Shown here piece by piece: positions 56,025 through 64,000 of a stretch of DNA of 64,000 nucleotides. Both the position numbers and the translations under genes were made by a program. Position 1 is the first letter of the stretch, and each line of letters begins with the position of its first letter. The notes under the pieces are model-generated. The model did no database searches. It saw only the letters and a program-made list of their open reading frames with translations, and was not told the DNA's origin. This DNA comes from Sulfurimonas sp. GTDB lineage: Bacteria; Campylobacterota; Campylobacteria; Campylobacterales; Sulfurimonadaceae. The stretch covers positions 32,481-96,480 of the forward strand of contig NZ_JBFHGL010000009.1 in the NCBI RefSeq assembly GCF_041583195.1, read 5' to 3'.

Positions 56025-57596
56025 CTATTTTTTAACCACGATAAATGATTCCGGCTTTTTAGGTTTATATTTTGGCATGCTCTGACCTATACTAGAGTTT
56101 ATATAAGTTGGATCAGCTAATACAAATTTTTTAGAACCTGCTTTTACATAATCACCATCCATTGGGATATAAAGTGCAGTTGCCATATGGTCTTTATATT
56201 TTACACCAACTACGTTTACTCCAAAAAGTTTTTTAACAAGTTTTGAGAAAAGCACCGCTCTATCTTCACAGTCAGACTTATCATAATAAAGTGTTTCCTG
56301 TGCGAACATAACTTTTTCACGTCCAAATTGTTGATTATCCATTTCGTACTTAAACGATTTTTGCACAAAATGAAGCACAAAATTTAAAGCTTCACTCATC
56401 TTCTTTCCATCAACATGTTTTTTGATAGCTTCAGCTAACTGAGCAAACGTAGCATCTTCTAAAGGTGCATTGAAAAAAGTTTCATAATCAGCTTGAGGAT
56501 AAGTACCCATAAAATCAATCAAATTTTTATTGTAGTTTATTGAGACTTTAAATTCATCTCCTAAACCTTTAAAGCCTAACTCTTTTGACTTTAAATTTTC
56601 TGCCAAACTTGGAAGTTTGTCTAGTGATAAGTCTAGAGGTTTATCACTTCCAGGATAATTTTGTTCATAAGAATATAATCTACCTACACTCCCTTTAGCA
56701 TAGTTTGATACTACATAGAATTTGTTTTTACCAAAACTATAGTTTGGAGTCGAGTATATTATTTTGTCTGCAAAATGCAGAAGAACAACATGTTTATTAG
56801 CTAAACCTACCTTAACTGCATAACCTAATTTATTAAATATAAACCATGCAAGTAGCTTTGAATTATCGTTATCTGAATAAACTTTTTTTGATAACTCATT
56901 TACTAATAGATATACCCCCCAGTCATTTAAACTCAACTCTTTTTGAAGTTCTTGTACATCTTCAATTAAGCCTTTGTACTCACTAGAAGCTACTTTATCA
57001 AAATAGTTTGCAATACCTGTTTGATTTGTAGGATAAAAGTTCGCATCTTTTAAACCTTGTGAAATATTAAAACCTACAGATGTACCAAAAAAATCAAAGT
57101 TAATATCTTTTTTTACAACTTCTACAGGCTTTTCAACTTCAGGAGTCGGAATTACAATAACCTTTTCAATGATTTTTTCTTTTGGCTGCTCAATAGTTTT
57201 TTCAACAACCTTAGGTTTTGGTTGAATTACAGGTTTTGGTTCAACTTTTGGCATAGGCATTGGTTGAACTTTTTTTACAACCTTAGGAACTTTAATATGA
57301 ACAAGAGGACCGACTTTTTCAATCTCTTTTGGTTTTGCAGCGGGAATTTTTTCAGGCTTTGGTTCTTCATAAACCTTTACACCTTTATGAGCGTTATATG
57401 CTTTCCATTGTGCTTTTAAAAACTTGTTAAAAGCTACGTCTCTTTCATCTTTATATTTTTTAAAACTTTCAGCTTGAGAACGTTTAAAGTCCTCAAATGA
57501 ACCAGCACTTAAAAGTGATGAACTTAGTGCTAGTGTTAAACTAAAAAGGCCAAACTGCTTGAATAATTTGTGTACCCCATCCTTGTTCTGTTGCAC
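56025..57596 (-). CDS. Exported protein with Pro/Lys-rich linker and transglutaminase-like Cys-His-Asp domain
   Basis: Signal-like segment, PK/PE-rich region, SDCEDRA, KDHMAT, LADPTY; only in-frame start overlaps flgH by 56 nt. Confidence 0.7.
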   Translation of the reverse strand: MQQNKDGVHKLFKQFGLFSLTLALSSSLLSAGSFEDFKRSQAESFKKYKDERDVAFNKFLKAQWKAYNAHKGVKVYEEPKPEKIPAAKPKEIEKVGPLVHIKVPKVVKKVQPMPMPKVEPKPVIQPKPKVVEKTIEQPKEKIIEKVIVIPTPEVEKPVEVVKKDINFDFFGTSVGFNISQGLKDANFYPTNQTGIANYFDKVASSEYKGLIEDVQELQKELSLNDWGVYLLVNELSKKVYSDNDNSKLLAWFIFNKLGYAVKVGLANKHVVLLHFADKIIYSTPNYSFGKNKFYVVSNYAKGSVGRLYSYEQNYPGSDKPLDLSLDKLPSLAENLKSKELGFKGLGDEFKVSINYNKNLIDFMGTYPQADYETFFNAPLEDATFAQLAEAIKKHVDGKKMSEALNFVLHFVQKSFKYEMDNQQFGREKVMFAQETLYYDKSDCEDRAVLFSKLVKKLFGVNVVGVKYKDHMATALYIPMDGDYVKAGSKKFVLADPTYINSSIGQSMPKYKPKKPESFIVVKK

Positions 57597-58266
57597 GATC
57601 TATATCCCCCTCTGTTTTATATAATATTTTTGCATCACTAATCTGTGAAGAATTAATGTTGTTATATTGGTCAATATCATATGGACGAATAACTCCGCTG
57701 ATTTGAATAATCTGCTTCTGATCATCTACAAGTATCTCTCTTTTTCCAGATATAAAATAGTTTCCGTTTTTCATAACTTTTACTATTCTCGCAGATATTG
57801 TAGTGTTAAAAGACGCATCTTTTGTAGCACTACCGCTACCTTGAAAAGCATTCTCAGATGTAGATGTAAAACCGACATCGGCCAAGTTGTTCATTTTTCC
57901 TATGTATTTATTAACTTTTCCGCTTGTACTGGTGTTTGTTGCAAAAAGACCACCACCTAAGCCTGTACTGTCATTTTTACTTAAATCTTTAGAACCACTG
58001 CTAGAAGCCGCAGCTGCTTCAGATATTTCCACTGTTACTATATCGTTCACATGCATAGCCTTATGATCTGAAAACAAAGGGTTATCACCTTGACCAAAAA
58101 TACTGCCTGTAGATATAAAGTCCTGTTTGTCCTCTTTTGGAGGCATTTGTTCTACGTATTTTGGTGGTTCAAAATCTATCTCTGGTTTCATTAAATCAGC
58201 TGTACATCCGTTCAAAAAAAGTATAGCATAAATTGGTATCAAAATCGTTAAAAATTGTCTGATCAT
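57541..58266 (-). CDS. flgH: Flagellar L-ring protein
   Basis: Lipobox LNGC; LFSDHKAMHVNDIVTV, ISARIVKVMKNGN, SGVIRPYDI, ISDAKI. Confidence 0.93.
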   Translation of the reverse strand: MIRQFLTILIPIYAILFLNGCTADLMKPEIDFEPPKYVEQMPPKEDKQDFISTGSIFGQGDNPLFSDHKAMHVNDIVTVEISEAAAASSSGSKDLSKNDSTGLGGGLFATNTSTSGKVNKYIGKMNNLADVGFTSTSENAFQGSGSATKDASFNTTISARIVKVMKNGNYFISGKREILVDDQKQIIQISGVIRPYDIDQYNNINSSQISDAKILYKTEGDIDRATEQGWGTQIIQAVWPF

Positions 58267-58332
58267 ATTTTTTCTTTACCTGTCTTATTATTTAGATATA
58301 ATTCCTAGCAACTTTAGTTCCAAAGGATTTCA

Positions 58333-58776
58333 ATGAGTTTAAGAGAAAAAATCAACCAAGATTTAAAAGAGGCCATGAAAGCAAAAGATGTAAAAAAAAG
58401 AGATGCTCTACGTCTTCTAACATCAGCATTTAAACAAATAGAAGTAGATGAAAGAAAAGAATTAACTGATGATGATGTAATAAAAATTATACAAAAACAG
58501 GTAAAAAGCAGAAATGACTCTATAGAACAATATCAAAAAGCTGATCGCCAAGATCTGGTAGATAAAGAGCAAAGTGAAATAGATGTATATGAAATTTATC
58601 TTCCAAAACAACTTAGTGATGAAGAGTTAGAGGGTGCATTAAAAACTATCATTGCAAATGTCGGAGCCCAAAGTATGAAAGATATGGGTAAAGTGATGGG
58701 AACTGCTTCAAAAGAATTAGCCGGAAAGGCTGATGGTAAACGTATTAACGAGTGCGTTAAAAGTTTGTTAGCTTAG
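58333..58776 (+). CDS. GatB/YqeY domain protein
   Basis: LKEAMKAKD, KQVKSRNDSIEQY..ADR.DL, YLPKQLS, MKDMGKVMG. Confidence 0.92.
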   Translation: MSLREKINQDLKEAMKAKDVKKRDALRLLTSAFKQIEVDERKELTDDDVIKIIQKQVKSRNDSIEQYQKADRQDLVDKEQSEIDVYEIYLPKQLSDEELEGALKTIIANVGAQSMKDMGKVMGTASKELAGKADGKRINECVKSLLA

Positions 58777-58777
58777 G

Positions 58778-59563
58778 CTAACCAAACTTTAACTTTCTTA
58801 AAGCTTCCTCTTCATTTTCTTGACGCATTAAAGACTCACCAACCAAGAAAGCATCAACTCCTGCTTTTGATAAATCTTCAAGCTGACCATGTTCATAAAT
58901 ACCACTCTCAGCTACAATAATTTTACCATTAGGAATAAGTGGAATTAGTTCATAGCTTAAATTCATATTCATCTCAAAAGTTTGAAGATTTCTATGGTTT
59001 ATTCCTATAATATCACTTCCTGCATATATAGCTTTGACCAAGTCTGTTTTATCATGAACCTCAACTAAAGCCTCCATACCCAAGTGTCTTGCATAGTTTA
59101 AAAGCTCTTTTAACTCTCCCTTGCTAAGTGCTGCAGCTATTAATAAAATAAAATCAGCACCGTAAACTAAAGCTTCTAAAATCTGATATTTTGATACTAT
59201 AAAGTCTTTTCTTAAAAGAGGGATACTTACATATCTTCTAATCCCTGCTAAATATTCCAGATCACCTTGAAAAAAGTGTGGTTCAGTTAAAACGGATATT
59301 GCGCTTGCTCCACCTTTTTCATAATTTTGTGCTATAGCTAAAGGATCAAAATCTTCACGAATAACACCTTTTGAAGGGGAAGCTTTTTTTACTTCTGAAA
59401 TGATTCTATATGGATCTTCTTCTGTTGCTTTTAAATAAGGGATTACATCACGAGGTTGTCTTGCGTTAAATGCTAAAGATCGACCTAACCAATCAAGAGA
59501 GAACTCTTTTTCTCTTTTTTCTAAATCCTCTTTTGTCTTTTTAATAATATCGTCTAAAATCAA
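58778..59563 (-). CDS. trpC: Indole-3-glycerol phosphate synthase
   Basis: [48 protein letters not shown]. Confidence 0.95.
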   Translation of the reverse strand: MILDDIIKKTKEDLEKREKEFSLDWLGRSLAFNARQPRDVIPYLKATEEDPYRIISEVKKASPSKGVIREDFDPLAIAQNYEKGGASAISVLTEPHFFQGDLEYLAGIRRYVSIPLLRKDFIVSKYQILEALVYGADFILLIAAALSKGELKELLNYARHLGMEALVEVHDKTDLVKAIYAGSDIIGINHRNLQTFEMNMNLSYELIPLIPNGKIIVAESGIYEHGQLEDLSKAGVDAFLVGESLMRQENEEEALRKLKFG

Positions 59564-60861
59564 TTTTTACCTTTCTTAGTTTTTAAACATCTCTTTATAG
59601 TTTTATAATGGTCTTGAACCTCTTTTTCGTCCCCGCCATCCATTTTTACAATTCTTTTCATAATTTTAAAAGCTTTTTTACATTCACCGAGTTTATAAAA
59701 ACCCCATGCTTTGGAATCAAGATAAAAAACTGAATCCGGTTGTTCCTGCAAGGCTTTTTCAATATAGCCTAGTCCTGCTTTAACATCTATTGAATGATCT
59801 ATCAAAAGATATCCCAAATAGTTAAAATAGAGTGCTTTTGGTTCAATTTGCACAACTTGTTTCAGCTTCTCTATTACACTTTTGTGCATATTTTTGTCTT
59901 CTTTATCTTTAGATGCCTCATACTCAAATATGGCACTTTGACCAAGATAAGAAATTTCCGCAGTTTTATCGTAAAGCTTTTGTGCTAAAGGTGCGGCTTT
60001 AGCATAGTTTTTAACCTGCGTATACATCTGCAAAAGAAGTCTATCATCATTTTGATTCTCTTCTAAAAAAGCTATTAAATTTATGTAATCTTTTGTATAA
60101 CCATATATCTGAACTATTTTTTGTGCGACCTGTTCACTTTTATCTATCTCATACAGCTTCAAATATACTCTTAGCAAAGCATCTATATCGTTTTCATTAC
60201 TATAAATGCTAATAAGTCTAGTACAAATAATTTTAGAACAACCGTGAACTTTGGCATGAGTTTCAAGATGCGCAATAGCATCTTTTTTTCGCTCTAGATT
60301 TACATAAAGAATAATCGCAATTTTATCTAAAATTTTCTCATTATAATCTTTAGCGTATGCACCTTCTAAATATTTCAGTGCAGTATCGTATTTTGATAGT
60401 TTTACATATATATCGCTTACAAGTATATAGTCGTTTATATTTTGTGACTTATCTACCAGTATAAGGGCTATCTCTTTAGCCTCTTCCAATTTAGACATAT
60501 TTATTAAAGCCAGAATTTTTATACGGACTAAATAAAAATCATCAAAACTTTCATCAAGTTCCTCATCAACTCTTTTAATAACTCTTTCAAATTTTTTCTG
60601 ATGTAGATCGTTTTGAAGCGATCTGTAAAGGTACTCTTTTTTTGATGAATGTTCATAAAGCTCGTTAAAAGCACTGGATGCTGCTTCATAGCTTTTTACC
60701 TGCTCAGCCCTAAGTGCCATCATTATAAGTATATCTTCCTCTTCAAAAACCTTTTCACTCGGATTTATGACCTGTGGAGATACACCAAAACATCCACTAA
60801 AGAAAATTAACATTACTAAAGAGAATAAAACTTTATACATCTGATATACCCGGACATTCAT
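59560..60861 (-). CDS. TPR-repeat lipoprotein
   Basis: Lipobox FSGC; TPR helices; NYLGYLLID and [13 protein letters not shown]. Confidence 0.8.
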   Translation of the reverse strand: MNVRVYQMYKVLFSLVMLIFFSGCFGVSPQVINPSEKVFEEEDILIMMALRAEQVKSYEAASSAFNELYEHSSKKEYLYRSLQNDLHQKKFERVIKRVDEELDESFDDFYLVRIKILALINMSKLEEAKEIALILVDKSQNINDYILVSDIYVKLSKYDTALKYLEGAYAKDYNEKILDKIAIILYVNLERKKDAIAHLETHAKVHGCSKIICTRLISIYSNENDIDALLRVYLKLYEIDKSEQVAQKIVQIYGYTKDYINLIAFLEENQNDDRLLLQMYTQVKNYAKAAPLAQKLYDKTAEISYLGQSAIFEYEASKDKEDKNMHKSVIEKLKQVVQIEPKALYFNYLGYLLIDHSIDVKAGLGYIEKALQEQPDSVFYLDSKAWGFYKLGECKKAFKIMKRIVKMDGGDEKEVQDHYKTIKRCLKTKKGKN

Positions 60862-61210
60862 CTTTTAATTCATCAACTCTGTTTTTAAAATAATCCCAAA
60901 ACGGAAAAGTTCTGCACTGTGTAGGTCTTGCTTCGTAAATACCGCAGCCGTTTATCTCAGAATCATAAAAAATACACTCATGCTCTTCACCTACAACTCT
61001 CTCTTTTATAGAGTATTTATAACCTTTTTTAAAAAGATATGTCTCTACAAGTTCTCTCATATCAATATCTAAATACTCACATATTGCAGTAGCTTCTGTT
61101 TTAGTTACATAAATATAACCGCTCTCGCCTCTACAGCATCTAGCTTTACACTCACTGCAAGCGTTTGGGTTAAAAGTAAAATTGAATCCCTCTTTTTTTA
61201 TAACTGACAT
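60833..61210 (-). CDS. YkgJ-family cysteine-cluster protein
   Basis: CSECKARCC, C.FYD...GC.IYEARPTQCRTFPFW, CPG. Confidence 0.88.
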   Translation of the reverse strand: MSVIKKEGFNFTFNPNACSECKARCCRGESGYIYVTKTEATAICEYLDIDMRELVETYLFKKGYKYSIKERVVGEEHECIFYDSEINGCGIYEARPTQCRTFPFWDYFKNRVDELKDECPGISDV

Positions 61211-61893
61211 TTTAAACTTTCTGTACCCGCTTTTTTATATATCTCTTTTGCTTTGTCTGAAAACTCGTCACCCTCAAAACTTATAAAAGGTTCATGAACC
61301 TTCATGAGAGCGTTTGAGCCATTTCTTGCATGCACTAGAACAATAGATGCAGCCCTGTCTATTTTTGGGTGTACAAACTGTACGTCTACTACTCTCATTT
61401 TAACTTTTGCAAGCTCTGCACATATCTCACCAAAATGCAAAGCATCATAACAAAATATGAAATGTGACTTTGGTTTTAGAACTTGTGATACCTTTTTAAA
61501 AAACTTATCTAAAGGTAGATTGATATTATAGCGAGCATTAAATAACATTTCGTTATCACTCTTTGTACTTTTATGATGATAAAATGGTGGATTGGAAATT
61601 ATATAATCATATTTTTTCTCAAATTTGTACTCAACAAAATCACCATGGTAAAGTTTATAGTCTATATTGTTCTCCAGTGCATTTTTTTTTGCATACTTTA
61701 AGAACTCTTCTTGTTTCTCTATAGCTTCTAATTTTATCTTATTATTATCTTTTGCACATAACAATCCAACTATCCCGCTACCAGCACCTACATCAAGCAT
61801 ATCACCCTTGGGGTTAAACGAATCTATAAAATCATACAAAAATACAGAATCGCTGTTAAAACAGTATCCTGATTCAGGCTGATATAGAACCAT
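61198..61893 (-). CDS. tRNA1(Val) A37 N6-methyltransferase-like SAM-dependent methyltransferase
   Basis: YQPESGYCFNSDS, LDVGAGSGIVGL, ISNPPFY. Confidence 0.85.
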   Translation of the reverse strand: MVLYQPESGYCFNSDSVFLYDFIDSFNPKGDMLDVGAGSGIVGLLCAKDNNKIKLEAIEKQEEFLKYAKKNALENNIDYKLYHGDFVEYKFEKKYDYIISNPPFYHHKSTKSDNEMLFNARYNINLPLDKFFKKVSQVLKPKSHFIFCYDALHFGEICAELAKVKMRVVDVQFVHPKIDRAASIVLVHARNGSNALMKVHEPFISFEGDEFSDKAKEIYKKAGTESLKCQL

Positions 61894-61944
61894 TTAATCT
61901 CCTCTTTGATATAATTGTGCAATTATATCCAAAGGCTATTAAAA

Positions 61945-62661
61945 ATGATAATTATTCCTGCACGTCTTGCATCTACAAGATTTCCACAAAAGGTTTTAGC
62001 AGATATCGGAGGACTTCCAATGGTGGTTCGTACAGCAAAAAGAGTCGAGCATTTAGACCGTGTCGTAGTAGCAGCTGATGATGAGAAAATAATCGCTGTT
62101 TGTAAAGAATACGGGATTGAAGCAAAACTAACATCAACTACTCATAAAAGCGGTACTGATCGTATAAATGAGTGTGCAAATATAGCAGGTGTAGCAGACG
62201 ATGAACTCATCATTAATGTTCAAGCAGATGAACCTTTTATAGAACCTGAAGTTGTAGAATCTTTAATTACAAGGCTAAAATCTCTTCAAAAAAACAAAGA
62301 AGATTTTGTAATGGGAAGTTGTTACAATGCCATAAATGCTGAAGCTGCAGAAGATCCAAACCTTGTAAAAGTTGTACTTGACGATGCTGATAATGCTATC
62401 TATTTTTCACGTTCACTTATACCATATAACCGCGGTGGCGGAGCTACATATTTTGGACATATCGGTATATACGGTTTTAGTAAAAAAAGTTTACACGACT
62501 TTTGTAATCTAAGCGATGCACCTATAGAAGATATAGAAAAACTTGAGCAGCTTCGTGCTATTTACCACGGTAAAAAAATATCTATGGTAAAAGTTGCTTC
62601 TACAGGATTTGGAATTGATACTGAAGAGGACCTTGAACGTGCAATAGAGATATTTTTATAA
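61945..62661 (+). CDS. kdsB: 3-deoxy-manno-octulosonate cytidylyltransferase
   Basis: IIPARLASTRFPQK, SGTDR, NVQADEP, YFSRS, HIGIYG, EKLEQLR; ATG 61945 after AAGG SD. Confidence 0.95.
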   Translation: MIIIPARLASTRFPQKVLADIGGLPMVVRTAKRVEHLDRVVVAADDEKIIAVCKEYGIEAKLTSTTHKSGTDRINECANIAGVADDELIINVQADEPFIEPEVVESLITRLKSLQKNKEDFVMGSCYNAINAEAAEDPNLVKVVLDDADNAIYFSRSLIPYNRGGGATYFGHIGIYGFSKKSLHDFCNLSDAPIEDIEKLEQLRAIYHGKKISMVKVASTGFGIDTEEDLERAIEIFL

Positions 62662-62666
62662 TATCT

Positions 62667-63470
62667 CTATTTTTTATGTACAAATACACCGTCTATTTTA
62701 GTGGTATTAAAAATAGGTACAATTCTACTCATATGCTCAGCATCCCCTAATAAAATAAATCCATTATCATTGAGGATTTCATAAAAGTTCATAGCCATAG
62801 CTTTTCTAGAGATCTCATCAAAATGTACTAACATATTCCTTGAGAGAATAAGGTCAAATTTTCCAAGTTCAACTATCTCATCTTTATCAAACAGATTAAG
62901 TGTTTTAAAATCTACATATTTTTTTAGATTTTCATCTACTTTATACCCATCTGTAATTTTTGTAAAATAACTCGTACGCACATCTGCAGGCAAAAGTTCC
63001 ATAGACTTATCGTTATACACTCCGTTATAAGCTTTTTGGATTATATCTGAATTTATATCAGCACCGATAATTTCAATTTTTCTATCTTTTAGAATATCAG
63101 ATTTTTCAAGTATATATATAAGTATTGAATAAACCTCTTCACCACTTGAACATGGTGCTGAGAGTATTCGAATAGGTTTTGATTTTGGAACTATCTTATC
63201 TAGTTCTGGCAATATATATTTAACTAAAATTTCAAACTGCTCTTTTTCACGGTAAAAGTATGTATCATTATTTGTAATTAAATTGATTAGTTTTTGAAAC
63301 TCAATTCCATTTTCATCATCAAAACGGAGTTTAAAAAAATAATCTTTAAAATCTTTAATATGATCATTTAATTTTTTATAAGATGTTTTATAATCTATAG
63401 AGATACCTGTTTTTCTATAAATAAACTCTTTAATTTTTTCAAAGTTGTCAATAGAGAAATGCTGATTCAT
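62667..63470 (-). CDS. cheR: Chemotaxis protein methyltransferase
   Basis: ITNNDTYFYRE, SAPCSSGEEVYSI, GADIN, SRNMLVHFD, GFILLGDAE. Confidence 0.9.
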   Translation of the reverse strand: MNQHFSIDNFEKIKEFIYRKTGISIDYKTSYKKLNDHIKDFKDYFFKLRFDDENGIEFQKLINLITNNDTYFYREKEQFEILVKYILPELDKIVPKSKPIRILSAPCSSGEEVYSILIYILEKSDILKDRKIEIIGADINSDIIQKAYNGVYNDKSMELLPADVRTSYFTKITDGYKVDENLKKYVDFKTLNLFDKDEIVELGKFDLILSRNMLVHFDEISRKAMAMNFYEILNDNGFILLGDAEHMSRIVPIFNTTKIDGVFVHKK

Positions 63471-63498
63471 GATTTTAGTTTATCGAGGGGTCTACGAG

Positions 63499-63530
63499 GA
63501 TAAAAAGCCTGAAAATCAGGCTTTTATTTT
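63499..63530 (-). terminator. Intrinsic terminator downstream of rpsO
   Basis: AAAAGCCTGA-TTT-TCAGGCTTTT then TAT on the minus strand. Confidence 0.75.
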
Positions 63531-63541
63531 TAGAAAATAAA

Positions 63542-63817
63542 TTATATATTATCTCTAATTTTTAAGCTCTCAACTAATTTAGTATAAGCTTCTTTATCCG
63601 TTTTCTTGAAATATTTCATTAAACGACGACGTTGACCAACTAATTTTAGTAAACCAAGTCTTGATGAGTGATCTTTTTTGAATGTTTTTAAGTGTTCAGT
63701 TAATTCTGCAATTCTTGTTGTTAAAAGTGCAATTTGAACTTCACTTGAACCTGTATCGTTCTCTGAACGACCATACTTTGCGATAATCTCTTGTTTTTTC
63801 GCCGAATCTAAAGCCAT
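63542..63817 (-). CDS. rpsO: 30S ribosomal protein S15
   Basis: [38 protein letters not shown]. Confidence 0.97.
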   Translation of the reverse strand: MALDSAKKQEIIAKYGRSENDTGSSEVQIALLTTRIAELTEHLKTFKKDHSSRLGLLKLVGQRRRLMKYFKKTDKEAYTKLVESLKIRDNI

Positions 63818-63846
63818 AATAGCCTCCTGAATGGTAATAAATTTTT

Positions 63847-63871
63847 AACTATTTGCATATATACAAAAGTT
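63847..63871 (-). promoter_or_regulatory. Hairpin at the 5' end of the rpsO leader (possible S15 feedback element)
   Basis: AACU-UUUGUA-(UAUA)-UGCAAA-U-AGUU just downstream of gcTATAAT (63880-63885). Confidence 0.4.
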
Positions 63872-63964
63872 GAAGCGAAATTATAGCTAAAATTTTTGTA
63901 TATTGATAGTAATTTCAACTTCTTTAGATATAATTTACAAAAATATACTTTAAAAAGATATAAG

Positions 63965-64000
63965 ATGTTAATTACAAAAGCTAGTGAATACGCAATTCTA
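63965..64000 (+). CDS. Rrf2-family transcriptional regulator (3'-truncated by window edge)
   Basis: MLITKASEYAIL is a typical Rrf2 N-terminus; divergent from rpsO. Confidence 0.65.
   Translation, partial: MLITKASEYAIL

Noticed and set aside
1528-61882. Numerous 60-180 aa ORFs on the opposite strand or in alternate frames of well-supported genes (e.g. 9671-10216, 32933-33334, 36621-37025)
   Set aside because: They are fully nested in confident CDSs, show the Ser/Ile/Phe-rich composition typical of antisense shadows, and have no motifs or SD.
59560-61893. Methyltransferase-YkgJ-TPR-trpC gene string as a novel system
   Set aside because: Matches a housekeeping arrangement I recall as conserved in Campylobacterota; nothing unusual in the sequences.
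63484-63500. Short GC-rich stretch CGAGGGGTCTACGAGGA with a repeated CGAGG between cheR and the rpsO terminator
   Set aside because: Too short, forms no stable hairpin and has no second copy in the window.
1-64000. CRISPR arrays, tRNA, rRNA, IS elements, integrases, prophage genes, defence systems
   Set aside because: No regularly spaced repeats, no cloverleaf/rRNA-like sequence (all intergenic gaps are short and AT-rich) and no transposase, recombinase, phage or nuclease-defence motifs seen.

Overview
64 kb of AT-rich chromosome from a member of the Campylobacterota, most likely Sulfurimonas-like (inferred from protein sequences and gene order such as trmN-like/ykgJ/TPR/trpC and rpsO next to an Rrf2 regulator). 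About 63 protein genes are present. I found no rRNA, tRNA, CRISPR array, integrase or transposase. Housekeeping genes (metY, metX, xseB, dapC, murC, mutS2, valS, flgH, trpC, kdsB, rpsO) surround several accessory modules. (1) An assimilatory nitrate cluster (narB, narK, cysG, nirA) includes a PP2C-phosphatase/Ser-Thr-kinase fusion and two families of repeated operator-like palindromes. (2) An MhqR-like MarR/YceI/dioxygenase/pirin module has two copies of its operator. (3) A ~15 kb block (28496-43553) encodes a LolA-like/MacB-type ABC system and a TolC/HlyD/RbbA/YhhJ/LpxR system around one TetR. This block looks circularly permuted and is bounded by an 8-bp direct repeat. Joining its ends rebuilds a compact operon junction, and removing it gives the flanking gene a clean stop, yet no recombinase is encoded. 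This is the best candidate for an undescribed system. (4) Also present are three diguanylate cyclases, a FIST hybrid kinase, a split PAS + chemoreceptor pair, and several candidate leaderless genes. All calls come from reading the sequence; no database search was run.
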